A stretch of 63,273 nucleotides of DNA, counting the filler, from Pelomyxa schiedti (taxonomy: Eukaryota > Protista > Evosea), in NCBI GenBank assembly GCA_020536535.1. It is 6 parts of 6 records of this genome, joined end to end, with 100 filler letters (N's around TTAATTAATTAA, not from the genome) between each part and the next. Parts side by side here need not be neighbours in the genome. Positions count along the whole stretch, not along the records: positions 1 to 31,380 come from JAHLWZ010001000.1; 5 more parts are not named here. The stretch is one strand, 5' to 3'. Position numbers and translations under genes: made by a program. Below, piece after piece: positions 10,418 to 23,500 of this stretch (positions within the stretch are counted from its first letter, which is position 1; each line of letters begins with the position of its first letter). The notes under the pieces were generated by a model. That model worked only from the letters and a program-made list of their open reading frames with translations. It was not told the origin of the DNA and did not search any database.

Positions 10418-11103
10418 CCAAACAAATAGGAAAAAAAAATAACTGTGTTTTTGCGGTCTTGTACAAGACAGTCTTATTTTGTTTGACAACAGTGATTCGC
10501 CAAATAGGGTCTCGGAAACAGGAACTGAATTTGGACGCAGAGAACGCAGCATATATTACGACTTCTTTCCGCTCTTTGAGATACCGCCTTGCTTACCAAG
10601 GGGTCCTCGTTGTTTGGCTGCAGCTTGCCTTTGTTGTTGTCAGTTTATAATAAACGGATTGGAACAGGGAAGCAAACATTTTTTTCAGTTCGGCAGCCTC
10701 GGCACTATAACCAAATTAGCTACTTATCAATACAATAGAAAAAGAGATGGGAAACGCACCGCTGACGGTCGCGGAGGGCCTGGTCAGTCTCGTCAACATC
10801 GCCTTTGTCTTTCTTTGGTGCTTTGAGTGGTTTCTTCTTCCCTCCTACGAGACCAACCGGTACGTTAAGTTGCAAAGCATAGCGACCAACAAACAAAAAA
10901 CAAAAAACAGTATTTTATCGTTGTGGGAATGGGAGGTGGGGTGTTACGCACCGTCCTTGCCCATCTCGATTGATTTTTTTTTTTTTTTGTAAATTTCAAT
11001 TTGTGGAATCACAACATCAAGATGAAGAAAATGGTACCTCTGGGCAAGGAAGGAGACAGCGGTCCTTACTGCCCTACTTGTTTTTTGTGAGAGAGCAGAA
11101 TTG

Positions 11104-11450
11104 ACAAAAATGTTGTTCACAGACTTATGCCCAATGACAACAAACAATACACTGGGAAGATAGGCGGTTCCAACTCTGCTAGTTGCAAGCCCTAAGGCAG
11201 AACCTGAACTGCTTAGGTTTTGTTAACTAGCACCGCAGTGCCCGTCCAGCCACATGAAATCTCAACCCTACTGTGTGAAAAATTCATTGTGGGAGCCCAT
11301 TACAATCACTGAACACATTAACCGAATGAGTTGAGTCTGTGACTAGCTTGGAGAAAAAAATGAACAAAAAATGTTATTCACGGCGGAGGCCCAATGACAA
11401 CAACCCATACAGTGGGTACTATGGCGGATTCCAGTATCTAGGCTAGTCAT
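11104..11450. repeat. Pair of diverged direct repeats of about 85 bp (about 11104-11190 and 11364-11450)
   Basis: Shared ACAAAAA(A)TGTTRTTCAC..GCCCAATGACAACAA..ATACA.TGGG..GGCGG. The 15-mer GCCCAATGACAACAA is identical at 11129 and 11389. Confidence 0.75.
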
Positions 11451-11652
11451 GAATCCTCAGGATGTACCCTCACTCCTTCGGTGATTAAAACTAGCTCCAC
11501 GTTCGATCTCGTCCCATCCGCCCTGCTTCCAACCCGGGGGCAGCCGAAAGCCCATTGTGGGATCTGAATCACACCCCCAATCACCTTCAAAGAACCGAAC
11601 CAAGTTTGGCAAACCATTTCGGCGCGTCATCAAAAACCGAAAAAAAAAAAAC

Positions 11653-13398
11653 ATGCTAGCGGTGCTCCCCGATGTCGCGCTCGAAGTTATCGCGTCGTTT
11701 CTTCCTTCGAAATCACTGTGCGCGCTTCGGCTTTGCTGCCGCACGTTCGCGCGATCTCGCGGCGTCGGCCTCGCGTTCGGCTCCCGCGCGAGCGCAAAGT
11801 CGGCGATGACAAAGTCGCACGTCGCGACGCTGTGCGTTTCGCTGACGAACGGGCTCCCGTTCTCCGACGCGTTTCTCGCCGAGGCGATCGCGATCGCCGA
11901 CAAGACCAAGAATTTGGCCGGGATCAAGCGGCTTATCGTGAACAAGCCTCAGTATCTCAAGACCGTCGGCTCGAACTCTGAGTGCGTGGCTGGCCAGCTC
12001 AAGGCGGGCTGTACTGATATTGTTGTGAGGATTCTGCAGCGCGGGGAGCCTCCTGTGGGTGTTCTGAGGGCTTCTGTGAAGGCCGCTGTGAAGTACTCCA
12101 ACGTGGAGGTTCTGGGGTGCATACTGTCTATGAGCAACGCGTACGAGGTTGTTCATGGCCTGCCTCTTAGTTCGTTTGTAGAGGGGAACAAGGAATGCAC
12201 CAGAATGCTGTGGAATGCCGGGAAGGCTCACGCTTGCAATTGGGACCCTGTGGAACTGTGGCGTGTGATGTGTTCTCCCAAGAGCGGGAATTCGCGGGTG
12301 TACCCTTCTGGCCTTTCTGTGATTGAGCCTCATGTGACTGCTGTGTTCCCTGATAGCGTGGTGTCAAAGAATTCACTGGAGGCCGCTGTGGCTTTGCACT
12401 TGCCCGGTTTTGTTAGGAAGGTATTGGATCACACTCCATCACTCGGGAAGAACTTTGTGGACTTTATCAAGTGGAGGGTGGATTTTGACAACTCACTGGA
12501 CGACGTGGCCATTGCTGGCTTCTGCTCTGGGGCCAAATTTCCCAAGTGTGACATAACATCCATCATAGGCAAAATGATGGAAACCTGCTCTTCCCGTGAG
12601 TTTTATCAGAGCTGTGCATCATGTGCTGCAACATATAGTATTCCTTGGATACTCCGTATTTTGGATAGGATACCAAGCCCACCAACTCCAAAGGAACTTA
12701 TTCTCGCCGATTTACTTACACCATCTCACATCAACGAGTTGGTTGCTGAAGACATCAATGAAATAGTTGCATGTGCACTATGTGCTCTAAAGGATACAGA
12801 GACCGGCTGGATGGTTGGGATGGAAACCATTATTAGATCAGATGCCCAGTCCATATCTGATTGGATAGGTGAAGCCCCTGGCACTATTGACCAGATATTC
12901 TCCACAAGAAGGAGTGGAATGTTGAACGGCAAAGTAGTACTGCTTCTACTCCAAGTCATTCCCACCTGGAGAGCTACTATGGCCGCCAACACACTCAGGG
13001 ATATACTCCTGTGGGTCAATGATGGGGACCCAAACTTCCCTGAAATATGTTCTGCTGTTCTTCAGCCTGCTACAAAAGTAAGTGCTCTGGAGTTTGTCAA
13101 GCTGAGGCCAAAGCGGCTGGCTGAGTTGCTCACCAACTGCAAGTTCTCACTCACTGACCACAACAACCCCTTCACTGTGAAGTGCTATTACAAGGAATCT
13201 GAAAGCACGTGGCACAACAAGTCCACAAAGGTAACCGTAACACCACTCACATTCACAGAGAGCAACAGGGCCCTCTGTGAGCTACTACGTGGGGCTGGTG
13301 CTAAGCAACTTGGTGGTGTCTGGGAGGGCATTATGTTCTGTGACCAGAAGCACCTGGCTTCACTTCTGGGAACCAAGCAAGACTTTAAGTTCTTCTAA
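11653..13398 (+). CDS. Intronless F-box protein with a helical (possibly degenerate ankyrin-like) body
   Basis: The first ATG follows a poly-A run. MLAVLPDVALEVIASFLPSKSLCALRLCCRTF fits the F-box consensus. Single long ORF. Confidence 0.75.
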   Translation: MLAVLPDVALEVIASFLPSKSLCALRLCCRTFARSRGVGLAFGSRASAKSAMTKSHVATLCVSLTNGLPFSDAFLAEAIAIADKTKNLAGIKRLIVNKPQYLKTVGSNSECVAGQLKAGCTDIVVRILQRGEPPVGVLRASVKAAVKYSNVEVLGCILSMSNAYEVVHGLPLSSFVEGNKECTRMLWNAGKAHACNWDPVELWRVMCSPKSGNSRVYPSGLSVIEPHVTAVFPDSVVSKNSLEAAVALHLPGFVRKVLDHTPSLGKNFVDFIKWRVDFDNSLDDVAIAGFCSGAKFPKCDITSIIGKMMETCSSREFYQSCASCAATYSIPWILRILDRIPSPPTPKELILADLLTPSHINELVAEDINEIVACALCALKDTETGWMVGMETIIRSDAQSISDWIGEAPGTIDQIFSTRRSGMLNGKVVLLLLQVIPTWRATMAANTLRDILLWVNDGDPNFPEICSAVLQPATKVSALEFVKLRPKRLAELLTNCKFSLTDHNNPFTVKCYYKESESTWHNKSTKVTVTPLTFTESNRALCELLRGAGAKQLGGVWEGIMFCDQKHLASLLGTKQDFKFF

Positions 13399-13558
13399 TC
13401 ACAACTGCAACGTAAGCCGAAAAAAAGCACCTAAAGTCACTTGCTACATTAAGAAACAAAAAAAAGGTCGAATTAGCAGAACGCCAGGTGTAGGTGATGA
13501 GCATTGGGTTATTGTTTCTGTTTTATTTGTGACTGGCTTGGTTTTCTTTGTGAACCGC

Positions 13559-16500
13559 TCAGGATTGTGGTGGTGCTGCAGTGCTTTTTTTTGACTCGTA
13601 GAACCTCTTAAGATTGCCAAATGTTGCTTGAACTCCTTCCAGAGGCACTGGCCCATACTTCTTCGCCGGGACTTCCATTCGGAAGAACACCTGAGGGCTG
13701 ATGTGGAGCATCCCATTCTCTTCAGAAGGGTCGGCCCAGAGCAAGTCCTTCAACAGCGGGGTTGCGGCTGGATACTTGTGAGTTGCAAGCGAAAGGAAAG
13801 GATGAGAACAACTCACTAGTTTCATGGTGCCGCTCTGACTGCCGTATGGCCTCCAGTGTCACATTAGCCCCAATGCCACCATGGCTCACAAACCAGCCTT
13901 TCATCTCTGGGTCATGGAAAGTAATCAAAGTGGCCAAGGGAAGGTTCTTGAAGAGTTCAACACATTCTTGCCATAACCTCATGCCATTACTGCCATACAC
14001 CTCCTTCAAACACTGATAATGATTGTTTTGGCCATAAGAACTGATCTTGGGACATTCATGATTGCCACGGTTGAGGTAAACACTTTGTGGATATCTCGTA
14101 ACGAGCAGGCACAAGGCAGCCAAGACATCAAGACCAAAGGCACCCCTGTCAATATAGTCACCTGTCACAGGTGTAAGAAAAATAGTAAGAATTGTAACAG
14201 TACCATTGAAAATCCATAAATTGGAATCAGATGGTTCTCCTCCAATAGCAATGGCTCTGAAAAAAAAAAAGAAATGGGAAAAAAGGCCAGAGGGGCAACT
14301 AGAGGGAACATACCGTTTCAGGCAGTCCCAGTTTCCACGCAAATCCCCAACAATGTTTATCGATGAAACATTCTTTGTGACCACAACTTCGTTCAGCAAG
14401 GATCTATTCTTGAGGACATCGGTGGCCTCTGTGATAAATTTCTTGTGGCTGGTGTAGAGATAAGCGATGAGAGTGCTATCGCGGGTGGTAGAAAACAAGA
14501 GCTCCCAGCTTCCCATGAGGTCACTTTGAACTGTCAGTGATTTGTGTCAGAAGAAAAGTTTAAAGGAGGAAAATGTGGGAGGTTGTCACACATGGGAAGT
14601 AAATCGGGTTGGGTGGAGGGTAGAACCTTTCGGGAGCAACTTATCACAAACTGGTTAGGAAATCATCATTGAGAAGTGGGCTTACTTGAGGAGTGCGGGG
14701 TATCTGGTACGCTGGCAGAAACTCGCGCAGGTCTCGCGGTTTGTGGAACTTAAAGAGAAATGTTACACCAGAGAAAGAAAAGAATCTGTTGCACCTTGTT
14801 GTGCGGTACAAGTCGCAGGTGACCCATATTGATCAGGTCCGCGAAAAGGAGCTATTTATGTCAATTACGTTAAAACCATAAAGAAGTGGGCAAACAAACC
14901 TTGTGTGAGCTCTTGTAAATTTTTTGAAGCTTCTTCCCTTGACCGCTTTTTTCCAGCAACTAAAGGAGAAACATAAGAAACGAAGATTAACCACAGGGGT
15001 GCACCTTTGCCCTCCGTATCTTCACATGCAGCAAGTAGTTCTCGTCGTTGGGGAGGGTCTGGTACACTGGCAAAAACTTGTGCTTGTCTTTGTTCACAAC
15101 TCGTTGTGGGTACTTCGATAGAAGGTGTGACTTCCATCTGTAGTGCGGCATCTCCTTGCCCTATAAATAAAGTGTTATACTAAATAACGATACAAACGAT
15201 CACACTTTTTTCTTCTGTTGGACAAGCACGAGTTTGTGGCTCAGATGATCCATCCATCAAAGGTGGGCATATGAGTTGAGCTGAAGCACTCACTTTTTGG
15301 GACTCTGCCAGTGACAGTTGGGCAACTGGGAACTGTTGTTAGGTATGATAAACAAAGGTTGAATCTTCACCAGAAATTGAAAGTGATTCTGAAGGTTGGT
15401 TATCTGTGTTAATATTAACGCGGCAAAGGAACTTAATGAGAACTTGTACTACCGGCAGTTGAAAGTGCACACACAAGGTCTCTAACCGGCTCTTGATGGG
15501 TAATTTGTTGAGGGCTCTATGCGGTAATGTAAATTAGAGTACTGAGTAAAGTTAAAGTATTTTTACTGGTGCATCACTCATTTTGTCAGTTGCTACAACC
15601 AGTTTGGGTGCACTTAAACCAGTCACGTGAATCTTTCAATAATTAGAATACAATAGAAGACGGAGTGGAGACTAGAGGCCCTACCTGTGCTTCTTCAATA
15701 TGTACATCAGAAACTCGTAGAGGAGGTTCCGCAACAAGCAGTGTGGGTGTAGGTGGTGGCGGCGGCGGCGGTGCGAATGGAGGGTATGTTACCACGGTAT
15801 CCAGGCTGTGGGTGTAAAGCCCAGGTTCCAAACAGAATATCTTCTTAACACCCGCTCTACCCCACCACGACAAACGGGGAGGTACCAGCCCTGGCTGATG
15901 TCGCACAAACCAGTGCCCACTATATTTTTTAGCCCTAACCCTATATGTATTATTGGCATAATAATAATAATAAAAAAAAAGCAACACATACATAAAACCA
16001 GTGCCGGCAAAGTGGGCCTTGACATCTGAAACAGTGGCACTATGAGGTACCTTGAAAACGGGCCTGGTGTTGGGCTCGAGTGGGAAATCACACGCAGTCG
16101 AACCGTCACCTCGGTTTCTCAGAAACAGAGGTGCAAAGGGAACGAAGTGGATCCAGAGTCCCTCAAATTCAAGGCCGTTCTCCAGCGCAGCGTGGGCGTC
16201 GGCTTCGGCGTGGAAGGTGAAGTAGAAGTACCCCCGAACCAGAGTCACATTAGATCTGCACCGAAAAAAACATCAGCCAATCACACACGCCTACAACGGC
16301 AGCCAAGCACAACCGCCACACAAGAGCACAAGAGCACGATGGGTTGAGTGCAGCAAGGGGGGCCACGCACACGACGGGGGGTTGCATCCTCGCCCACACG
16401 ACGGCAGGCACGGCGTCGGGGGGCAGCCCGAACCCACAGAGGGTAAGGGGTGGCAGGGGCACGCGGTGGGGCCCGTCGTCGGGCCACCCTGCGGCACAGG

Positions 16501-16585
16501 CGGCACGGCCAGGGCGGGGGTCGGGGGCCCGGGCTGGGGGGACAGCAGGCGGCGCACCGGGATGATCCCTGCTGGTTGGTTGCAT
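13559..16585 (-). CDS. RRM-like N-terminus fused to a PPP-family (PP5/PP7-like) phosphatase domain, probably catalytically impaired
   Basis: RNP2-like TLCGFGLP and RNP1-like RGYFYFTF..AHAAL. A run of GT-AG exons crosses 15640-14520. PPP motifs GDLRG, NGDYIDRG, LNRGNHE, SHGGI and DLLWADP. Continuity as one gene is inferred from splice sites. Confidence 0.7.
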
Positions 16586-17097
16586 TGTGGGATTGAGTTG
16601 TAGAACGTTGGGTTGTTGTGGTGGGGGACGACGGCACGGGTTCTAAATTGGCCCCCTGCTTCTTTCTAGATCAGATTAGATGGTTGGTGAGAGCCGAGAG
16701 ACCGAGGAAATAGACTCAAAGATCCCCTTAATACCAACCACACGGCCATTTTTGGTGATAGTGTGCAGTGCAGGCTTTACCAATGTGTTATCTATGATTC
16801 TGTCAATTGCAAATCTGAATCATTTTCTGGTTTTTTAATTTCCTTTCTTTTAATTTCCTCTTTGTTTTTCCCATTTTATAATAAAAAGTAGCACGTAGGT
16901 GCCGTGCCGTGCCGGATTTACGACCAAAAATTAACACCGCACGCACTATGAACGACACACTGCAAGGTAATTAGTCTTCTCTGTTGTTTGATTTTCCCTG
17001 TGTAGCGTGCTATACTCCACAACTTATAAAAAAACAGCGCAAACAACGTATACCATGCACGTTGGTGCTGGTTGTCAACTCTAATTACAAACAAGAC

Positions 17098-17929
17098 CAA
17101 CAACAACGCAAATTGGGGCAAAGCAATTGCATTGCCAGCGAGGAGTTCTTCTTGGGAGGGATTGGGTAGTGTGGTGCGAGGTTTTTTTTCGAAGCCCACC
17201 CACTTTGCACCCCGATTTCGGCCATGGGGCTCTTCTGCACCACTCTCAAGCCGAATCACCACTACATCAAGGTATTTATTCCTTTTCGTTATTATGACCA
17301 CTAACATATTAAAAAAGAGTTGCACTCTCTGAGACAAAAACGAGATATGTCTCTGTCATCCACGAAGAAATATTGAGAGAAGATGATGTGATTGATGTTG
17401 ACAACAACAACAGTCAATCAATCAACAAACCGCGGCCGGCAACATGAAAGAATTCATCATCCTGATGTGACCATCATGACAGTGCCATCAAGTGTTCACT
17501 TCACTCTCGTGTATGATGACATCAAAGAGGTTGGTTCAGTTTTCGAAAATTCCACTCCAATCTAACTTCCCTCAGAGTGTGGTGGCAACAACAACAACGC
17601 AAATTGGGGCAAAGCAATTGCATTGCCAGCGAGGAGTTCTTCTTGGGAGGGATTGGGTAGTGTGGTGCGAGGTTTTTTTTCGAAGCCCACCCACTTTGCA
17701 CCCCGATTTNNNNNNNNNNNNNNNNNNNNNNNNNNNNNNNNNNNNNNNNNNNNNNNNNNNNNNNNNNNNNNNNNNNNNNNNNNNNNNNNNNNNNNNNNNN
17801 NNNNNNNNNTCTCTGAGACAAAAACGAGATATGTCTCTGTCATCCACGAAGAAATATTGAGAGAAGATGATGTGATTGATGTTGACAACAACAACAGTCA
17901 ATCAATCAACAAACCGCGGCCGGCAACAT
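17098..17929. repeat. Direct duplication of about 350 bp, second copy interrupted by the 100-N gap (17710-17809)
   Basis: 17098-17219 recurs at about 17590-17709, and 17326-17446 recurs at 17810-17930. Confidence 0.85.
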
Positions 17930-18185
17930 GGTGGGAGGTGAGTGCGTGGCACACGGTTGGGTGATGAACACAATTGCTCTCTCTCATTCTTGTGCCTACT
18001 CGTGGATGAATAGTAGTTGAGACAGGAAAAAAAAAACCGAAGTGAAGTGTGAAGTTCCCAGGAAGAAACGGCACAAACGAAAAAAAAAAAAAATTGCAAT
18101 GGAAGTTCCTGCACGGCTACCCTTTTTAATGGCACTCTACGCAACAACCCATAAGTAAACACAAACAAACCAAACCAACACACAA

Positions 18186-19186
18186 ATGACCACAGCTACA
18201 GTGACGGCTAGTGCAACGGCATCGGCACCCTCAACAACGTCTAGTACCCCGATGCCCACGTTCAAGTGCTTGGTAGTTGGCGACGGCGGAACCGGCAAAA
18301 CAAGTACCTCTGATTGATGTTGTATATTGTTAATTGTTATAATTTGTTGTACTAGTTAATTTAACGCAATTGTGCAGCATTCGTTAAGAGGCACCTGAGT
18401 GGAGAGTTTGAGAAGAAATATATTCGTGAGTTTCCACCTTTTGTCTAGTTAGTTTCGTTTGTTAAACTAATTTCTATTTCTAGCCACTCTGGGGGTTGAG
18501 GTTCACCCATTGGTTTTTGCAACAAACTGCGGACCTATTCGCTTCAATGTTTGGGACACAGCGGGCCAGGAAAAGGTATTAATTGGCTTCTTCTATATCA
18601 AAACTAATCATTTCTTCTATTCTGTTACAGTTTGGTGGACTTCGTGATGGATACTACATTCAGGGCAACTGCGCCATTGTGATGTTCGATGTTACCAATA
18701 GGAACACCTACAAAAATGTACCCAACTGGCACAAAGACTTGGTCCGAGTTTGTACGGCCTCGCTAACTAATATTACACATCACTCAACTATTGTAGGTGA
18801 AAACATCCCTATGGTCCTCTGTGGAAATAAAGTGGACGTGAAAGATAGGAAAGTAAGACCCAAGCAAATCAACTTCCATCGAAAGAAGAACCTGCAATAC
18901 TACGATGTCAGTGCCAAATCCAACTACCACTTTGAGAAGCCTTTCTTATGGCTGGCCCGCAGACTCACTGGGTTTGTACAATCCCTTTTTAATATATTAA
19001 GTAAATATTATTCTGACCCGCTTACCAAATACAAACAGGAATCCAAACCTGCAGTTTGTTGAGGAGACGGCACTGAAACCAGTAGAGGTTCAATTGGATA
19101 TAGAGACAATAAGGGAATACAAGAGGCAACTCCAACAGATCAACGTCATACCCCTTCCTGACCCTGGTGAGGACGAGGATTTATAA
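18186..19186 (+). CDS. RAN: GTP-binding nuclear protein Ran, 6 exons
   Basis: [14 protein letters not shown]|[16 protein letters not shown]|[18 protein letters not shown]|[41 protein letters not shown], with acidic tail PDPGEDEDL*. Confidence 0.98.
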
Positions 19187-19370
19187 CTCCACACCCAACT
19201 GTCAACTAAATGAATCCACAATCTCAGCTGTAGAAAGTAAAAAAAAAACAAACAAGCTTTCTTTACAAACACACAGCCTCAACACCTTCCTTTGTTACTC
19301 CTGATGAAAAAGTGGCTTCAAATAGTTTCCAGATGGTGTCAAGTCGCCGTGAATCATTTTTCTTTCGAAA

Positions 19371-20476
19371 ATGTTCTTCCACGTGAGCGACAACACGCCA
19401 CCGGCGACACCGCCATTTACAAAAAACAAAAAAACCGAGACGACAACTAACCTTTCTTATCGTGTTTGTCAACCAACGGCGTGGTTTTTTTTTTTTTGTT
19501 CGACATGTTGTGTGCATTTCCCCTCTTGTTTCTTTTCTCTCTCCTCGTTTTTGTTACACAGATGAAGTTGAGGTTGTTGTTGCGGCTTGAGCCGAGGCAC
19601 TTTGGACGGGACATGCAGGCGCGTATTACACAAAGACTGTACCAGGAGGTGGAGGGCAAGTGTGTGGGCAGGTATGGGTACATTGTGGCTGTAACCTCCA
19701 TTGAAAAGATTGGTCTGGGCAAGGTAAGCCTTTTTTTTTTTCCCCCCTGCTTTCTAGAGTGATTCGGGATTGTAAAATAACGTTACGGGGCTGGGGTTCT
19801 AGATTCAGGATGGATCGGGATGCTGTGTGTTCCCCGTAGAATACAAAGCAATTGTGTTTAGACCTATCCACAATGAGATTATGCTATCAGTCGTTTCTCA
19901 AGTGGCTGACGTATGCGGCATACATAATATTATGCCTTTTTTTAAAAAAAAAGCAAATAGCATGGTGTCTGGGCTGATGCTGGACCATTACAACTTTTTG
20001 TTTCCAGAATGGTGCAATACTTTTCAAAATTCCACTACTTACTTACACAGCAAATGCCCACGGATCTTCGGTATGACAAAAATTGTAGCCCTCCTGCATG
20101 GGTTGCAGATGAAATGCCCATCAAATTATGTGATAATTCCGAGATGAGAGTAAAAATAACCGGTTCCAATATGCGAGCATCAGATATAGTATGTCCTTCC
20201 CTTTCACCGCGTTTTGTATTTACTGTAAACCTCTAGTCCTGCGTTGGCTCAATTAATGAGGATTTCCTTGGTCCGCTCGACGAAGAAAGGCCGGCAACAC
20301 CTCCAGTAGACGAAGCAGACTCCTCCATCACGACCAGTGGTGCCCAGGACGCAGCGGTAGACCCCCTGCAGTCTTCCCGCGCTGCTGCACCCCCACAATC
20401 TTCCTCCATGGACATGGATGTAACTGATTTGACCAGCACCAGTACCTCCTCAATCAATGGCGGTTCCGGCTACTAA
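19371..20476 (+). CDS. RPB7: RNA polymerase II subunit Rpb7 with a C-terminal low-complexity extension
   Basis: MFFH|MKLRLLLRLEPRHFG..EVEGKCVGRYGYIVAVT..FPVEYKAIVFRP..AGPLQLFVS..VGSINEDFLG, then about 65 extra residues. Confidence 0.93.
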
Positions 20477-20598
20477 TAAACACACACCACAAAACAAACA
20501 CGCCTCACTATGCAGACTATAAAAAAAACAGTGATTTATTTGCTTTTGGGTTGAACAAAAACCAACAACCAAAGCTCTCATAAGTGCCATGGGCCCGG

Positions 20599-23500
20599 CT
20601 AGAACACACCAGACATGCTAGCCAGAGCCGACCCAGTAGACAACAACGTAGTGGCCGACGAATAAGCCGGGGCAGACATCACAATCCCATGGCAGCAATA
20701 CACCCTGAGCTCCCTGTCACTGCACGTGACCACAGCCAACTCATCCCCGGACGCCGGGATCAACGATGACCCAGACGAAGAGGACGAAGAGGAAGACGAT
20801 GATCCAGAGGAGCCGATCGAGAACGGCGACAGGGAGGAGGACGACGATGAGCCGGAGCCGGAGCCGGAGCCGCCGACGGGGGTGGGCAGGGCGCCGATGG
20901 ACGAGGCCGAGTCCAGGGCCGTCGTGGCGGTGCTGGAGACGAGCTTGGAGACGGCGCGGAGGTGCGGGTGCTGGTGCTGCGGGTGCGGGTGGGGCGGGGC
21001 CGCCAGGATGACCGAGCTCAGGGCCCACACCGCGCCGTCCTCGACCACGCGCACGCACAGCCGGAGCTGCGTCTGCGTGAGGTCCCACACGCGCAGGGTC
21101 CCGTCGGTGCTGCCGGTCACCAGCAGCCCGTCGCCCTGCGACGACGACGAGGACGGGGCCGAGTCGCTGCCGATGAGCTGCATGCAGGTGACGGCGGAGG
21201 CGTGGCCCACCAGCAGCGCGATGAGCTCGAGCTCGTAGTTGGTCTGCAGGATGACGCTCATGTTGCTGGACTTGTCGGGCTTGATCGAGTCGGGCGGGAG
21301 CTTGGACTTGGACGTTGGCGTCTTGTGGATGTTGATTCGGAATAGCCTGTGGTGTGTGTTCCGTGAATTAGTGGCGAGGAATTGGTGGGGAATTTGTTTT
21401 TTTGTTTTTTGTTTTTTGAATGCGGAACGGAATTAGTGGGGAATTGGGTTGGCGGTTTGTTTGTTCGTTTGTTTGTTTTGTTTGTTGGGTTGTAATACTA
21501 GTGATGCGGAATTGTATTGAGTATTTATTGTTTGTGTCAGTGTTACCTGATGGAACCGTCTTCGTAGCCGGCTACTATTTCACCAATGGAGTTTCTCAGG
21601 GCTACACAGTTCACTTTGATTACATCCATGATTCCAGAGGCCGGTATTGGATCTGTGCCCTCTAGGGTACTTATTTTCATCACTCTTGCGCGGGCGGCTT
21701 CTTGTATTGATTCCAGGGGGTAGACTGAGGAATGAGCCAGCATAGTTCCGCTCAAGTCCCACAGTCTCAAACCGTCTGAGCCTCCACTAACAACTATATT
21801 TCTTAATGTGGATGCAGTGCATGACCACACACTAATTTCGGTTAATACATCGTATTGCAATGTAAAATCATGTTACTCACCAGCCAACGTGACCGTTAAA
21901 ATCTAGATGTGTAAAGTTGTAACTCGAATCTATACTGAACAGTGACAGAGACCCTGCTGGAGTCTCACTGTAGTTCATTTGTTAATTTGGAGCCTAACAG
22001 TTTTTTGGGGTTACGATACTCACCGTTCACCTCCTCCTATGAGAAGTTTATTTCCAACAACATGTAAACAACGAGGTACAAATTCAATGCGAGTTTCTGA
22101 CAGAAGCACTGCTTTTTTCTTTCTTTGCCAAATCTGTAACAAAGTAAGCAAGAAAAAAAAGAAAAAAACCGGTAGGAAGAGTCTTTCATACTTTGATGTG
22201 ACGGTCATAGCATATGCTCACGAAATTCTTTCCAAGTTGAGCAAGGCCAGTTACCGCCCCTTTGTGTAATTCATAAATACGCCCACCTGAGCCCATTTTG
22301 CGGCCAGTGTTGGTTTTAATCTTCTCTATATTGCCGTCCTATGATTTATCAGGTAGCAGATGTCATTGATGATATGCTCATTACCTTACGTCCTAGAATG
22401 ATGGTTTCTTTATCCACAGCATATACTGAGGTTATTATGCCCTTCGGGGTATATGAAAAGCACCTATCTTTCAAATCCACGTAACTCTGTGCGGTAGTGC
22501 ATATAGTTTGGGCTGCTGTGTATTTTCTTTTTAACAATTCGTGAGAAATCCATCAGGGTGGAAGGGAATTTACGGAGTTGAAAAGACATTCAATAGCTCA
22601 GCTCTGGCAAAGTTTGCCCTTGCTTCAGAAAATAGTGGCAGAGAGGCTTTACGTGTTGCTAATTGAAGCTGAGACATCCCCAGCTGGAAGAAGTGATTAT
22701 CTGGAAGAGTAAGTCGACATAATAGTATTTACTACACACGAGAGGTTGGATTGGCAGCAATAACGTGGTAGAACCTATCAATACTCCACTCCAGGAATTG
22801 AGAAGCTACTGATGATGTTTGCTTCGAGGCATTTAAGGCTAGGAGGTGACCCTCGGCAACTATTGCATTCAGTCAGTGTTTGAGTGATGAAATTGGGAAC
22901 AACTTGAGAAAAGATCCATGTGGGTAATCTTTGGGAGAGGAAATCAGTAAATTTGTGTGATAAAAGGAGAGTTACTTTAAGAGGGATGGATAATAAGTCA
23001 TGCTCATAAAGTGAGAATCCTTGTTCCTTCTTTTCAAAAAATTTTGTCACTGCTACAGGACTGAATTCCAGACCCATCATCTCTTTCAGTCTAAGGTATA
23101 CCCCCTAAGCAAATTAACGCAGCACAAATGTGATACCATACCATTTGGTCAACTATTTCCATGCTTTTCATCCAGGAGGCATCGTATCCAGAGTATTGTG
23201 AGACCATCCTAGGGTGAATTTCATTCTGCCAGGCATCGAGCATTGCTCTTTGCTGCTTTTGCGCATCGGGGCCCCGCACTGCATCGCTAGAGGATGTTAA
23301 GATTCGTTGGATCTGATAGGTAAAATGAAGGCAAACCGACTAAATGCAATTCTGTTAAAAATGGTGTTGAGGTAATCAACAATAAGTCTACAAAACGGAG
23401 TCTGGGACAACTTTCGCTCTTCTGCCATCAGTTCTCTTAATTTCTTGCGCAAGTTTGCCTAAACTTTTCTTAATCGACTTACTAGGTGTAACAACTCTTA

